Origin: a virus | Taxonomy: Duplodnaviria; Caudoviricetes | Length of the DNA stretch: 56,152 nt | Reading direction: 5' to 3' (one strand) | Virus record (IMG/VR): IMGVR_UViG_3300006737_007029 | Span: 1-56,152 of that record | Shown: piece after piece, positions 16,705 through 26,295 of the stretch | How positions within the stretch are numbered: position 1 is the first letter of the stretch | Layout: each line of letters starts with the position of its first letter | Position numbers and translations under genes: made by a program | The notes under the pieces: generated by a model | The model's database searches: none | Told to the model about the DNA's origin: nothing | The model's input: only the letters and a program-made list of their open reading frames with translations

Positions 16705-17978
16705 ATCAATAGTTCCGTTAGTTCAGGAAAAACTTCATGTGTTTCTTGCCCACGATGTTTGTCAAGTTGATGTGTTATTCTTTTGAAAGTAGGCAATAAA
16801 TCAGTTCTGTCTTCAGCCATCATCATATTCAATGCAGATTCAAATCCACCCGTTGCTCTACCCAAATGATCTTTAGGACGTATTTTTTCTATGTGTTCCT
16901 TGTATTTCGGTTCTACTTCTTGTTTCATTTTCGGAGTGATTACATCTATTCTATAATGTAAAGGATCTTGTACCATGTTCAAATTTAGATCACCTTCTCT
17001 TACAAAACCTTTTTCCATCCAATCATTATGGAAATCTATTACATGTGAATAGTTGAATATCCCAACTGTTGGCGAAATATAAAAGTCTACATTAGGACAT
17101 TTTTTAAGCATTGTTTCTCTGTTGTGTTCTACATCTGCCCATTTAGTACCATTACGCATTAATTCTGCTCTAGGACCCATAGCATCAAGTGATGCACCAA
17201 CTGACACATCTTTGAACTCTGGCCAATAATCAAACACATTAAGGTCTTTGTATGCTTGTCTTGTAAAGTTTGTATTGTAAATTAATCTTACTGTATCTGC
17301 TTTGCCTAGTCTAATAAGTTCTTTTAATATTTTATAATGCTCTTCCATAATGAGCGGTTCACCACCTGCAAAATAAACTTGTTCTACTACAGGCAAATAT
17401 TCTACCAATTGATCGTAAGCATCCATTTTGGTTGTTCCCGCGTAAGTTACTTTTGCATGATCAGGTTTGCCCCACAATGCTACTTGATCATCATACCAAT
17501 TAGAAGAAAACATTGACCCACAAGATCTGCAAGACAGATTGCACAAGTTAGAAAAACGTATGTCCCAATATATCATGTTTACATCATCATAATGTCCATC
17601 TGCAGATGTCTGTTGCACTTTGTCTATGTGATGCCCAAAGTGTATGTTTCCGGATTGCCTCATTGATGTCCATCCGTGTTCTTCTTGCTCATAACACTTA
17701 GTACATTGTTTAGATGGTTGTTCAGTCAACATGTTTTTTCTAATGTCTTTCATGTCTGCACTATTCCATAGTTCTTTTATAGTGTTTTCTTTCATAGACC
17801 CAATTGGATATTCATGTTTTGCAAGACAACAAGGATAGGCGGCTCCATTCGGATAAGCGTGTAAATGTGTCCAAGGCAATGTGCAAAAATACTTAGAATC
17901 ATTTAACAGATATTTTTCTCTATCTGTCAGTTTTTCAGCATCCACTTTGGTGGGCATTTTGTCTTTATAACTGCTCAT
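16701..17978 (-). CDS. radical SAM protein with N-terminal twitch domain
   Basis: FCTLPW..PCC..QCTKC, CNLSCRSC, AGGEPL, YNTNF, ASLDA. Confidence 0.88.
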   Translation of the reverse strand: MSSYKDKMPTKVDAEKLTDREKYLLNDSKYFCTLPWTHLHAYPNGAAYPCCLAKHEYPIGSMKENTIKELWNSADMKDIRKNMLTEQPSKQCTKCYEQEEHGWTSMRQSGNIHFGHHIDKVQQTSADGHYDDVNMIYWDIRFSNLCNLSCRSCGSMFSSNWYDDQVALWGKPDHAKVTYAGTTKMDAYDQLVEYLPVVEQVYFAGGEPLIMEEHYKILKELIRLGKADTVRLIYNTNFTRQAYKDLNVFDYWPEFKDVSVGASLDAMGPRAELMRNGTKWADVEHNRETMLKKCPNVDFYISPTVGIFNYSHVIDFHNDWMEKGFVREGDLNLNMVQDPLHYRIDVITPKMKQEVEPKYKEHIEKIRPKDHLGRATGGFESALNMMMAEDRTDLLPTFKRITHQLDKHRGQETHEVFPELTELLI

Positions 17979-19311
17979 ACCATGCTACCATTTCATTACC
18001 AAATGTGTTGGCAAATTTTTTGCCTCTGCGTTTATCATACTGCGAATAAAAGTTTTTGAAGTCACTCTGTAATTTATCCACATTGTCTGCTCCATAGTGA
18101 GGACTTTCAACCTCCTTTAAATATTCAATCAATCTAAGTATTTGATTAAGTTCCATACCGTGCAAATCATTGTAATAATCATGTGTTTGCTTAGTTAATT
18201 GTTCTATACATTCCTGTTTAATGCTAGTTGGCAATACTACTGCTGACTGAAATGAAGGAAAACGTAATATATTGAGAGTAAAGTTTGGATAATCAGCACC
18301 ATACTTGCGTTTCCAACTTACTAGCAAATCAATCATTTCAGGCAAAGAATCTAAACACAAAGCATTCACAGTCATCATTACATGCAAACCTGACAGACTT
18401 CCTTCATTAATAAGACGTAAACAATTTTTTTTCCAAAGTTCAAAGTCCATGCCATCCCTTATATATTCGGCTCTGGTCCCCATTGCTTCAGCTGAAGTGT
18501 AAACGTCAAAGTTTTTGACATAGTGTGACTTTTCAATCAATTGATCCATCAATTTATCTTTAGGGCACAGATTAGAATTAATTGCTAATCTAGTGTCTGA
18601 CTTGCCGTGGTTGTCTTTGAACCAATCAAACAGTTTCCACATGTCTGCACTCATTAGTGGTTCACCGCCTGTCACTCTTAATTCTTTCAATGTGCGATGT
18701 AAATCTGAATCCCACCATTTCCAAAATGCTTCTATGTAAGGATTATATTCCTGATATCCATACAGTTGCGATGATTCGTGTACATGCGTAAAATGATTTC
18801 TGCCATCTGATTGTAATTTTTCATATGCTCCATTATTTTTTATATCTTTGACCCAGGTCGTAGAAAAAGCAGGGTTGCAATATGAACATGCAAAATTACA
18901 AGTTCTATCAAAGGATATTTCTAATGTTTGTAAATCAACATCTTTTTGGCAAGGTGTGTCGAATGCTGTTTGCAAATCTTCATTTGAATATATGTTAGAT
19001 TTATAAACTCTATCCGATATACTGTTATCACCTAAGTCTTCTATCTTCCAACAGTATTCACAGCCAGCAGGTCTTTCGCCTGCCTGCATCTGTTCACGTT
19101 GCAATTTTTTCTCTGGTGTATTGTGTAGAGCTTTGGGATTACGTTTTACTGCCTCAATATCAATTTTGTGTGGCAAAGGATGATGGCAACTTGTGGTCAT
19201 ACCAGACCCTAACCATATTGTGGCATTGTACCACTTGGCTCCACAAAAGGACGATGACAGCGGATCTAACACCTGTCTTTTATATTTTAAATCTTCGTTG
19301 CTTGTTGACAT
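17965..19311 (-). CDS. radical SAM protein with N-terminal twitch domain (CH subtype)
   Basis: FCGAKW..SCHHP..GCEYCW, CNFACSYC, TGGEPL. Confidence 0.88.
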   Translation of the reverse strand: MSTSNEDLKYKRQVLDPLSSSFCGAKWYNATIWLGSGMTTSCHHPLPHKIDIEAVKRNPKALHNTPEKKLQREQMQAGERPAGCEYCWKIEDLGDNSISDRVYKSNIYSNEDLQTAFDTPCQKDVDLQTLEISFDRTCNFACSYCNPAFSTTWVKDIKNNGAYEKLQSDGRNHFTHVHESSQLYGYQEYNPYIEAFWKWWDSDLHRTLKELRVTGGEPLMSADMWKLFDWFKDNHGKSDTRLAINSNLCPKDKLMDQLIEKSHYVKNFDVYTSAEAMGTRAEYIRDGMDFELWKKNCLRLINEGSLSGLHVMMTVNALCLDSLPEMIDLLVSWKRKYGADYPNFTLNILRFPSFQSAVVLPTSIKQECIEQLTKQTHDYYNDLHGMELNQILRLIEYLKEVESPHYGADNVDKLQSDFKNFYSQYDKRRGKKFANTFGNEMVAWYEQL

Positions 19312-20654
19312 TGTTTAAACCAATCTTTGTATTCTGGAAAAACACCTAACAAATCTGTTTCACGTCTCGAGTCATGAGTTCGAAAGAAACGCCAAAAGTT
19401 TGCTAGGTGTTGTTCCTTGTTGTCCAGTCCTTGTTGCATTATGCGGTATGTCCGAGTAAGTTTAGCGATTTCAAAGTCTCTAAACCCTGCCATGTCAGAG
19501 TCATGTCGGTGTTGCTCCATAAACTCTATAGCCTCCTCGAAATAATGGTTAAAGGATTCGTCCAACAATCCTATATGTTGCCATATGGGAAACCTTAATA
19601 TGGGTGTATCAAACCACACCCTTTGATATGTTGTAGAATATTGTTCTCTTAATCTCAATATGTTTTTCAGTAAATCTTTCAAACTGGACACACTGAGGTT
19701 GTTCATTGTAATAATAAAAGTAATAGAATTGTATCCTTTTATGTCATGCAGATACCTGTGTACATTTGCCCACACTGTTCCAAAATCCATTCCGTTTCTA
19801 ATGTATTCTGCTTTTTCTCCCCAAGCATCCAAAGACACAAATTGCATGAAGTGTTCTATCATTGCACCATCACACATTGTTTTCACCATGTTGAAATATC
19901 TGTCACCTAGTGCAGGAGCGGGCGGACAAAAATTAGACGTTACGTTCAAATGTAAATCTTTTTTAGGATTATCTATCACATATTCAAACACCTTGTATGT
20001 GTTTTTGTCCATCATAGGTTCTCCACCAGTCATTCTGAAATGACGCAACTGCGGATACAGTTCTGGCCACCATTTCCAAAATGCTTCAACATATGGATTG
20101 TTATTTTGTGGCATAACTTTTCTATCACCTTTAAAATGTGCTGGATCATTATGTGGTGTTGATGTTGGCCATGATCCATGTTCTTCAGTTTCTTTTGCCC
20201 AAGCAGTTGAAAATTGCGGAGAACAATATGAACATTTAAAGTTGCAGGCATTACTGAAATCAACCTCAACATAAGTGGGCACAATGTCTGCTTGTGGATT
20301 ATCCAATATATTTTGATAGTGATCCATTGCCCATGGTTCTCCTGAACGATAATGTCTATCACTCATTTGTTTGTCATCTTCTAACTTCCAACAATATGAA
20401 CATCCTTCTGGTCTTTTTCCATTGATCATCAAATCACGTTGTGATTTCTTTTCATCAGTGTTGTGCAATTTAGAAGGATTTGTTTTAATTTGCTCTACAT
20501 CTATTTTGTGCAATGGTGGATGATAACAAGAGTTCGTCATACCATTTGTAAGATGCAGTGAAGTCTGCATCCATTTTGCCAGACACATAGAATCAGATAC
20601 CTTATCTAATTTGAGTTTTGCTTTGTTGGCGTCTGTTAAGTAATCGCTGGACAT
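19287..20654 (-). CDS. radical SAM protein with N-terminal twitch domain (CYH subtype)
   Basis: MCLAKW..SCYHP..GCSYCW, CNFKCSYC, TGGEPM, VSLDA. Confidence 0.88.
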   Translation of the reverse strand: MSSDYLTDANKAKLKLDKVSDSMCLAKWMQTSLHLTNGMTNSCYHPPLHKIDVEQIKTNPSKLHNTDEKKSQRDLMINGKRPEGCSYCWKLEDDKQMSDRHYRSGEPWAMDHYQNILDNPQADIVPTYVEVDFSNACNFKCSYCSPQFSTAWAKETEEHGSWPTSTPHNDPAHFKGDRKVMPQNNNPYVEAFWKWWPELYPQLRHFRMTGGEPMMDKNTYKVFEYVIDNPKKDLHLNVTSNFCPPAPALGDRYFNMVKTMCDGAMIEHFMQFVSLDAWGEKAEYIRNGMDFGTVWANVHRYLHDIKGYNSITFIITMNNLSVSSLKDLLKNILRLREQYSTTYQRVWFDTPILRFPIWQHIGLLDESFNHYFEEAIEFMEQHRHDSDMAGFRDFEIAKLTRTYRIMQQGLDNKEQHLANFWRFFRTHDSRRETDLLGVFPEYKDWFKQCQQATKI

Positions 20655-21520
20655 GAATTTATAAATTTAACAAATTTCGATTGTGTTTCATCTAGCAGTG
20701 CAACATTTAATCCTAAATGATAATTCAAATCGTTTTGCATTTCCTTTATATGTGTTTCTAATTCTGTTTCACTAATAATTGTTTGATCCCACAAGGTATC
20801 TAATGCTGTGAAGTCACGAGTGACAGAATGATCCCAGTCTTGGTTCAATGTCGTCCAATGACAGCCTTGACAAGCACCGTATATTGCCCATAATCCATTT
20901 TTAACATCAGCACCAATACTCATCCAGATACACAAATTTCTTAAATTTCCACGCCATATATCTTTAACAAAATTTGCTGGCGATACACGTTTGCCTTCAT
21001 CCAAACTCATTTTGACTCCTTCTCTAAATCCTGCCTGCCATGCCTGCTGTGATGTGCTGTTCATCACTGTGGTAGAATGACATTCTTGTATAGCAACGTA
21101 TTGATCATGAAAACAAAATTCAATCAAACTTGCATCATCACCTTCAGAGTTTTCATGCGTTTTCATATCTTTAACAAATTTTCTTGTCCATGAAGACACA
21201 CCACCGTTTCCATATTTTAATCCATTTACAATATTCAAACCTTGATATCTTATTACAGCATCTGCTGGCATGCTATCAACATCTAATTGTTGATCAAACA
21301 GAGTAGGATTAACGATGTTATCTCCATCGACTAATATGAAACGTTCTGTGCTTGATGCTTCTCCTGCCGCTTTGTGTGCCGCATCAGAACCTTCTACACC
21401 ATCCACACGTTTTGCCCATGGACATTTTGATCGCAAATCTGCCCAGTTGTGTTCTTTGTTTGGTTCATTGTAACTTAAAAAAATTACATCTAAATCTGCA
21501 ACATCAATCATCTTCTTCAT
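20636..21520 (-). CDS. putative GT-A fold glycosyltransferase
   Basis: DVIFLSYNEP, AAHKAA..STERFILVDGDN (DxD), YGNGGV, AWQAGFREGVKM. Confidence 0.7.
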   Translation of the reverse strand: MKKMIDVADLDVIFLSYNEPNKEHNWADLRSKCPWAKRVDGVEGSDAAHKAAGEASSTERFILVDGDNIVNPTLFDQQLDVDSMPADAVIRYQGLNIVNGLKYGNGGVSSWTRKFVKDMKTHENSEGDDASLIEFCFHDQYVAIQECHSTTVMNSTSQQAWQAGFREGVKMSLDEGKRVSPANFVKDIWRGNLRNLCIWMSIGADVKNGLWAIYGACQGCHWTTLNQDWDHSVTRDFTALDTLWDQTIISETELETHIKEMQNDLNYHLGLNVALLDETQSKFVKFINSCPAIT

Positions 21521-21851
21521 ACCCTACTACTGCGTGTTTTTCGGGATCAAACCATTCAGGTTCCTCAATCGCGTATTCTATAGCAGTATACAGTTGGAAT
21601 TTTATTATTACCCATCCTGGAAATGTGTTATGACCTTTCACTGTGAATTTCTTTTTCTTTTTTCCTTTTGTGCGATCTACAAATTTTCTCTCTAATGTCT
21701 TATCAACTACTTTCCATCGCGATGGACTATTTTGTACATCCAACCACGTTTTTGGATCAACTACAATATATTCACCTTCTGCAGTCTGTGTAGTCACTGT
21801 GGTGATTTCTTCGTCTTGATAATATATTCTATATTCCAACTGCATATTCAT
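21504..21851 (-). CDS. hypothetical protein
   Basis: Overlaps both neighbours in the operon; YRIYY..GEYIVVD. Confidence 0.65.
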   Translation of the reverse strand: MNMQLEYRIYYQDEEITTVTTQTAEGEYIVVDPKTWLDVQNSPSRWKVVDKTLERKFVDRTKGKKKKKFTVKGHNTFPGWVIIKFQLYTAIEYAIEEPEWFDPEKHAVVGYEEDD

Positions 21852-22656
21852 ACTCCCTTATTAGTTTCTCCGTACAGAATGACTTGTCAAAATAATGTAT
21901 TGGCAATGATAATTGTGTACCGCACACTGTAAAATACTTATTTTTTAATAAACTCCATGTTATCTGATCCCAATCTGCTTGTTTTACAATCCCTTGTTTT
22001 ACATGTATAAAAGACGGATACACATCATTACTGACACAATTATTCATGTCTAGTTTGTCTAATGCTATGCTAAATGCAAAATCTGTGGATGGTTCGAATT
22101 TGTCAAACATTCTTAAGTTTTTAATTTCCTTATCCCAATTATTGAATACACTATTGGCTGTTTTCATAAACTTATCGGTCTGTCTTGTTGTCCTTACATA
22201 ATATAATCCTTGATATACATTAGGTAAGAGGTTTGTTTTGATGTATCTCCTATACTTTGAGTCATCTGCTTGTTGTTGTTTGAAATTGCAAACATGTCCT
22301 GTAAAACACAAGTCACGTAATCTAAAATATTTTTGCCATATCATGATGTCGGATGTACATAGCATGTCTGCTTCAAATTTGACCGTTTCTTTAAACGGTG
22401 ATAACTTTAACACATCGCACTCATACTGCATATTATTAACAACATCTCTTATGGGTAATTCTATTACATGATCAAATACTTTGTGTAAACTGCTTCTACA
22501 TTTTTGTTTGTCTTTTACTATTACAGCAAGTGATGGACAATGTTTGTGTGTCAGTTTAACACTCAATGCCCAAAGATGTGCAATACTTTCGTAATCTGTG
22601 TCCCCAGTATTCAAAGCATATGTAAGATATCCGTACTGTTCTTTGTCAGATAGCAT
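21829..22656 (-). CDS. putative GT8-like glycosyltransferase
   Basis: YLTYA..YESIAHLWALSVK, VFDHVIEL, LSPFKETVKFEADML (ExD), TDFAFSIA, FIHVK, IHYFDK. Confidence 0.7.
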   Translation of the reverse strand: MLSDKEQYGYLTYALNTGDTDYESIAHLWALSVKLTHKHCPSLAVIVKDKQKCRSSLHKVFDHVIELPIRDVVNNMQYECDVLKLSPFKETVKFEADMLCTSDIMIWQKYFRLRDLCFTGHVCNFKQQQADDSKYRRYIKTNLLPNVYQGLYYVRTTRQTDKFMKTANSVFNNWDKEIKNLRMFDKFEPSTDFAFSIALDKLDMNNCVSNDVYPSFIHVKQGIVKQADWDQITWSLLKNKYFTVCGTQLSLPIHYFDKSFCTEKLIREYEYAVGI

Positions 22657-23434
22657 TTAATAAACTTTCTTTGTTTAAGATGTGTACACTTTGATCAACT
22701 ATTATTTCACCATGTTGATCTTGCAACACAATATTTTTATTTGTAATCTTTTTTACTTCAAAATTTTGATTAGCTGTGATAATATCCCATGGTATCACTG
22801 TGTGTTCTGTAGAACCATGGTCTTGCATATTTGCCATAGCAATCGTGAATGCATGATCATTTCTTATCATGCGTTTGTTAAGACCAAACATCTGTGCATA
22901 AAATTGATAATTTTTCAAAATGTTTCTCCAGATGTCAAACATTTCTCTTACGGCGGCGTCTTTCTTGAACATCAATACAGTTGCCCACATCATGTCCAAC
23001 ATAGAGTTGCCCATTGGTAGTTTGGATACTTCTGCATAATTTATATCACACCATGTGGTGTGTGCCAACACTGATTGCCCTGATTCAAACAGCTTCAGTA
23101 AATTGTTGTCATACACAAGATAATCAGAATCGATTATTATTGTAGTGTCAAAAGGTGATAGTTCATAGGCGTCAACTCGTGCTAAGTTTTTCCATGGTTT
23201 TGGACCGCGGAGATTATGCACATTAACAGTAGGATCATCTGCCAGTATAGTCCAATCTGCAGATTTAATAATTTGATCGCCCACAACAACCACAGGAATC
23301 TCAGGACAATATATTCTTAACAGTTCAATACATTTTCCAGTTATCTTTGAATACTGCAATTCAGGTGTGTCAAAACTGAAAAGCAAAATGCCTTTATCGT
23401 AATATGATTTCTTGATACTCTTTGTCATACTCAT
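22646..23434 (-). CDS. putative GT8-like glycosyltransferase, paralog of 21829..22656
   Basis: RVDAYELSPFDTTIIIDSDYLV (DxD), WATVLMFKK, RNDHAFTIA, VHILNK. Confidence 0.72.
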   Translation of the reverse strand: MSMTKSIKKSYYDKGILLFSFDTPELQYSKITGKCIELLRIYCPEIPVVVVGDQIIKSADWTILADDPTVNVHNLRGPKPWKNLARVDAYELSPFDTTIIIDSDYLVYDNNLLKLFESGQSVLAHTTWCDINYAEVSKLPMGNSMLDMMWATVLMFKKDAAVREMFDIWRNILKNYQFYAQMFGLNKRMIRNDHAFTIAMANMQDHGSTEHTVIPWDIITANQNFEVKKITNKNIVLQDQHGEIIVDQSVHILNKESLLNAI

Positions 23435-23675
23435 TTAATATTTCGTTGTGTTTAAGTTGTAGAGTATGTCGAAAATCGTCTGCGTTTGGAATTTTGCAAG
23501 GTGTTTGATTGATATCTATAATAACTGCATCATCTTTCACCGTCTGTGCATAGGCTACTGTGTCAGCATCGGCTCTGAACATGCAACCATTATACACAAA
23601 TACCTCTTGTGATTTGACTCGTTGCTGTAACAATAAGAGATCACGTTTTAATGCAAATCTTTGTTTTGAACTCAT
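23394..23675 (-). CDS. hypothetical protein, first gene of the modification operon
   Basis: 93 aa; FVYNGCMFRAD..VIIDINQTP; directly behind a sigma70-like promoter. Confidence 0.65.
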   Translation of the reverse strand: MSSKQRFALKRDLLLLQQRVKSQEVFVYNGCMFRADADTVAYAQTVKDDAVIIDINQTPCKIPNADDFRHTLQLKHNEILNEYDKEYQEIILR

Positions 23676-23680
23676 AACTT

Positions 23681-23709
23681 ATTATAATAAGTTTATGCCA
23701 AAAAATCAA
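23681..23709 (-). promoter_or_regulatory. sigma70-type promoter for the minus-strand modification operon, overlapped by an 18-bp palindrome
   Basis: Minus strand TTGATT (23709-23704), 17-nt spacer, TATAAT (23686-23681); AACTTATTATAATAAGTT at 23676-23693 is a perfect palindrome. Confidence 0.6.
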
Positions 23710-23727
23710 TGGGAATTGTTAATGTGA

Positions 23728-24720
23728 TTATGCTTGAGTTTGAGATACTTCAGCCGCTGTAATTGTGCCTATAGCATCGTTGTTCAATTGGTTAGTATTT
23801 GGTTTATTAAATGTCCATGATGATGTCAGTGTGCCGTCCACAACATCAAGTGCTGTTTGAGCCGCATCAGCGGCATCCTGTGGTGCTTGTCCTTCATCAC
23901 TTGAATCAGCCGCATCGTCTCTTGCTGTGGCCTTGATTGTAAGTACTTCGCCTTTACCGCCCAGTGATCCTGCTGTGCCTGAAACTTTTACTTCCCACTG
24001 CACATAGTTTGTTGTGTATGGTGACGAGTCAGCAAACATCTTTTGGACTACTGTATAAGAGCCACCATTACTGATGTCTGAATTCCAAAATCCATCATTA
24101 GCATTTGTATTCTGTGATCCTGATCCACTCAATCCATCAGTGGCTCCTGCAAAAGTAAATGTGGCAGCTTTGGTTTCAAATAAATCTTCCCACTCAGAAG
24201 TCTTGTCTGATGCTGTAAATGATGACAAGTTCCATACATGGGTGATTGACCCTCCAGCATTAAAAAAGTATCTTGCCGCGTCTGATGATGCAAAAGTAAA
24301 TTTGCATTCATGAATAGTGTTTGTGGTCCAATCTCCTGAGAATGTTCTGTTAATTGAGTTAGGATTGGATGATGCTGTGACATTGGCTCCTGCCACTGTG
24401 TATCTAGCATTTGTAACTGTGGTAATATCAGCACCTAGATTTGCTAAAATAGCCACTGTGTCTCCACCTGAAAGTGATCCAGATGAATTGTTAATACTTG
24501 TACCTTGGTGATCTGCAATTGATTTTAATCTGTCTTGCAAAGTGTTCCACTGTGCCGCTGTAATGGCATTACCTGCACTTACAGCTGAAATTGTGTTAGT
24601 TTGTCCGTAACCTTTAGTGCCGTTTCCATTACCCCAGATGCCATTAATGTTGTTCGTAGCATCATTGGCAAAATCATTATACTCATTATCTAGTATAGTA
24701 TCACCAGCAGTGTAACCCAT
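23728..24720 (-). CDS. virion structural protein (tail/fibre-associated)
   Basis: MGYTAGDTI..GYGQT..GNAITAAQWNTL, ARYFFNAGG; Thr/Ser/Gly/Asn-rich; TAATG-coupled to the upstream fibre gene. Confidence 0.65.
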   Translation of the reverse strand: MGYTAGDTILDNEYNDFANDATNNINGIWGNGNGTKGYGQTNTISAVSAGNAITAAQWNTLQDRLKSIADHQGTSINNSSGSLSGGDTVAILANLGADITTVTNARYTVAGANVTASSNPNSINRTFSGDWTTNTIHECKFTFASSDAARYFFNAGGSITHVWNLSSFTASDKTSEWEDLFETKAATFTFAGATDGLSGSGSQNTNANDGFWNSDISNGGSYTVVQKMFADSSPYTTNYVQWEVKVSGTAGSLGGKGEVLTIKATARDDAADSSDEGQAPQDAADAAQTALDVVDGTLTSSWTFNKPNTNQLNNDAIGTITAAEVSQTQA

Positions 24721-26267
24721 TAATTTTTACCTACCACAACTTCTATCGTTTTGATTCCATCATCTGTGCTAGATTCTAATGCTCTGCCTATTACTGCCTG
24801 GATTGCGTATCCATCTCCAGCTGCCTGAGCAACGCCATCTGTGTTAGATGAAACAAGTCTCTGTCCTTTTGTTACAGCACCTATGACTTTGCAAGGAACA
24901 CGACCTGATAAAGCAACGTAAGGATGTGAACTATCTGAACCAGCATCGGCATTCATTTTGTATGCTGGATCTGTTGATATAACTCCAAATACTTCTTGAT
25001 CATTTTCTTCTGTTGTTTTTGTGATTTCTTTTTCACCGCCAATTTTTACAACATCTCCTGACTCCATAGCACTGTCAGCTTCATATCTCTCAGCAAGGTC
25101 AGAATATTGTGCGGCAGTGGATGTAGCATGTAGAGTGGCATAGCCAACAATACTGACATCGCCTGCTGTTGTGCCATCTTCATTTGTTGTAACAAGTGCA
25201 AACTCATCTGCAGACTCATCCCAAATAAATGCAACATTTTGATTTATGCCTCTATCAAATACAAGACCAATATCTCTATCACTGATCGATGCCGCATTTT
25301 TGTTTAATATCATAAGTGGATCTTCAACCACCATGTTTGTTGTGTTCAATGTAGTTGTTGTACCGCTTACAGTTAAGTCACCTGATATTGTTAAGTTAGT
25401 TACAGTTGCTGATGCATCCGATCCAGTCAGTGTTAATACTGCTGTGTCGACTCCACCATCATTTACATTAAAAATAATATTTCCATCTGTAGTAACATTT
25501 TTAAATGTTGTGTTTGCTCCAGATTGTGTAACTGTTAAATCGCCATCTGCTCCTATAATCAAAGGTGAGTCAGAAGCTATAGTTACTGTACCTGTGGTTG
25601 TGTCTGAAGCATCTGATCTAAAATAGTTTGCGGCAACAACTCCACCCAATGCATCTGAGTCAGTTGCTGTGCCTTGGAACTTGTTGCTTGTAATTTGTGT
25701 TCCTAATGTAAGTCCTTTTTTAATTGTAGCATATCCTGATACAGCAATCTGTGGTGTGAATTCAACCGATGATGCCATTGCAACAATTGAATCTGATACA
25801 ACTAGTTGTGTAACAATTCTATCAGTACCTGTAGTATCAGTAATTGATTTTACAATGGCTCCTGATGTTCCTGATCCTGCTGTTGCTTGTGGTCCAACCA
25901 ATACCCAAGCAGTGCCTGAATACACATAAACTTGTCCGTTGACTGAATCATACCATAAATCACCTTGTGATCCTGTTGTAGGTGATGTGGCAGAAATAAT
26001 TGCTCCTGATACTGCCTTGAATGCTGTTCCATTATAAACTTCAACCTGTGCTGTCGAAGTGTTGTAATACATTTGTCCAGTCAAAGGATTTGTAGGTGAA
26101 GTTGAATTAGCAAAATTTTCTAAAAGTTTTACTGTATTTTCATTTAAGATTTCACCATACCCTGCATAGTTTTTTCCTATGAGTTGTAAACTGGTTGAGG
26201 TATCTAAAGTACCATCTGCTATTGTAGCTAGTACTGATCCGTCTGTTTTGTTAATTGTATATGCCAT
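24720..26267 (-). CDS. tail fibre with MAYTINKTDG N-terminal module and C-terminal Peptidase_G2-like autocleavage chaperone
   Basis: N-terminus shared with 27264..29408 and 30300..31895; C-terminal AQYSDLAERY..GVIST.PAY.MN..VALSGRVPCKV..IGRAL. Confidence 0.8.
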   Translation of the reverse strand: MAYTINKTDGSVLATIADGTLDTSTSLQLIGKNYAGYGEILNENTVKLLENFANSTSPTNPLTGQMYYNTSTAQVEVYNGTAFKAVSGAIISATSPTTGSQGDLWYDSVNGQVYVYSGTAWVLVGPQATAGSGTSGAIVKSITDTTGTDRIVTQLVVSDSIVAMASSVEFTPQIAVSGYATIKKGLTLGTQITSNKFQGTATDSDALGGVVAANYFRSDASDTTTGTVTIASDSPLIIGADGDLTVTQSGANTTFKNVTTDGNIIFNVNDGGVDTAVLTLTGSDASATVTNLTISGDLTVSGTTTTLNTTNMVVEDPLMILNKNAASISDRDIGLVFDRGINQNVAFIWDESADEFALVTTNEDGTTAGDVSIVGYATLHATSTAAQYSDLAERYEADSAMESGDVVKIGGEKEITKTTEENDQEVFGVISTDPAYKMNADAGSDSSHPYVALSGRVPCKVIGAVTKGQRLVSSNTDGVAQAAGDGYAIQAVIGRALESSTDDGIKTIEVVVGKN

Positions 26268-26277
26268 GATCTATTAA

Positions 26278-26285
26278 TATTTATA
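26278..26285 (-). promoter_or_regulatory. T4-like late promoter TATAAATA
   Basis: Exact TATAAATA on the minus strand, 10 nt before ATG 26267. Confidence 0.7.
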
Positions 26286-26295
26286 CATTCGATTT

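Noticed and set aside
14219-20654. Classical RiPP cluster driven by SPASM radical SAMs
   Set aside because: No RRE/PqqD domain, peptidase-transporter or leader-core precursor is adjacent, and the neighbours are glyco-enzymes; kept only as a minor alternative
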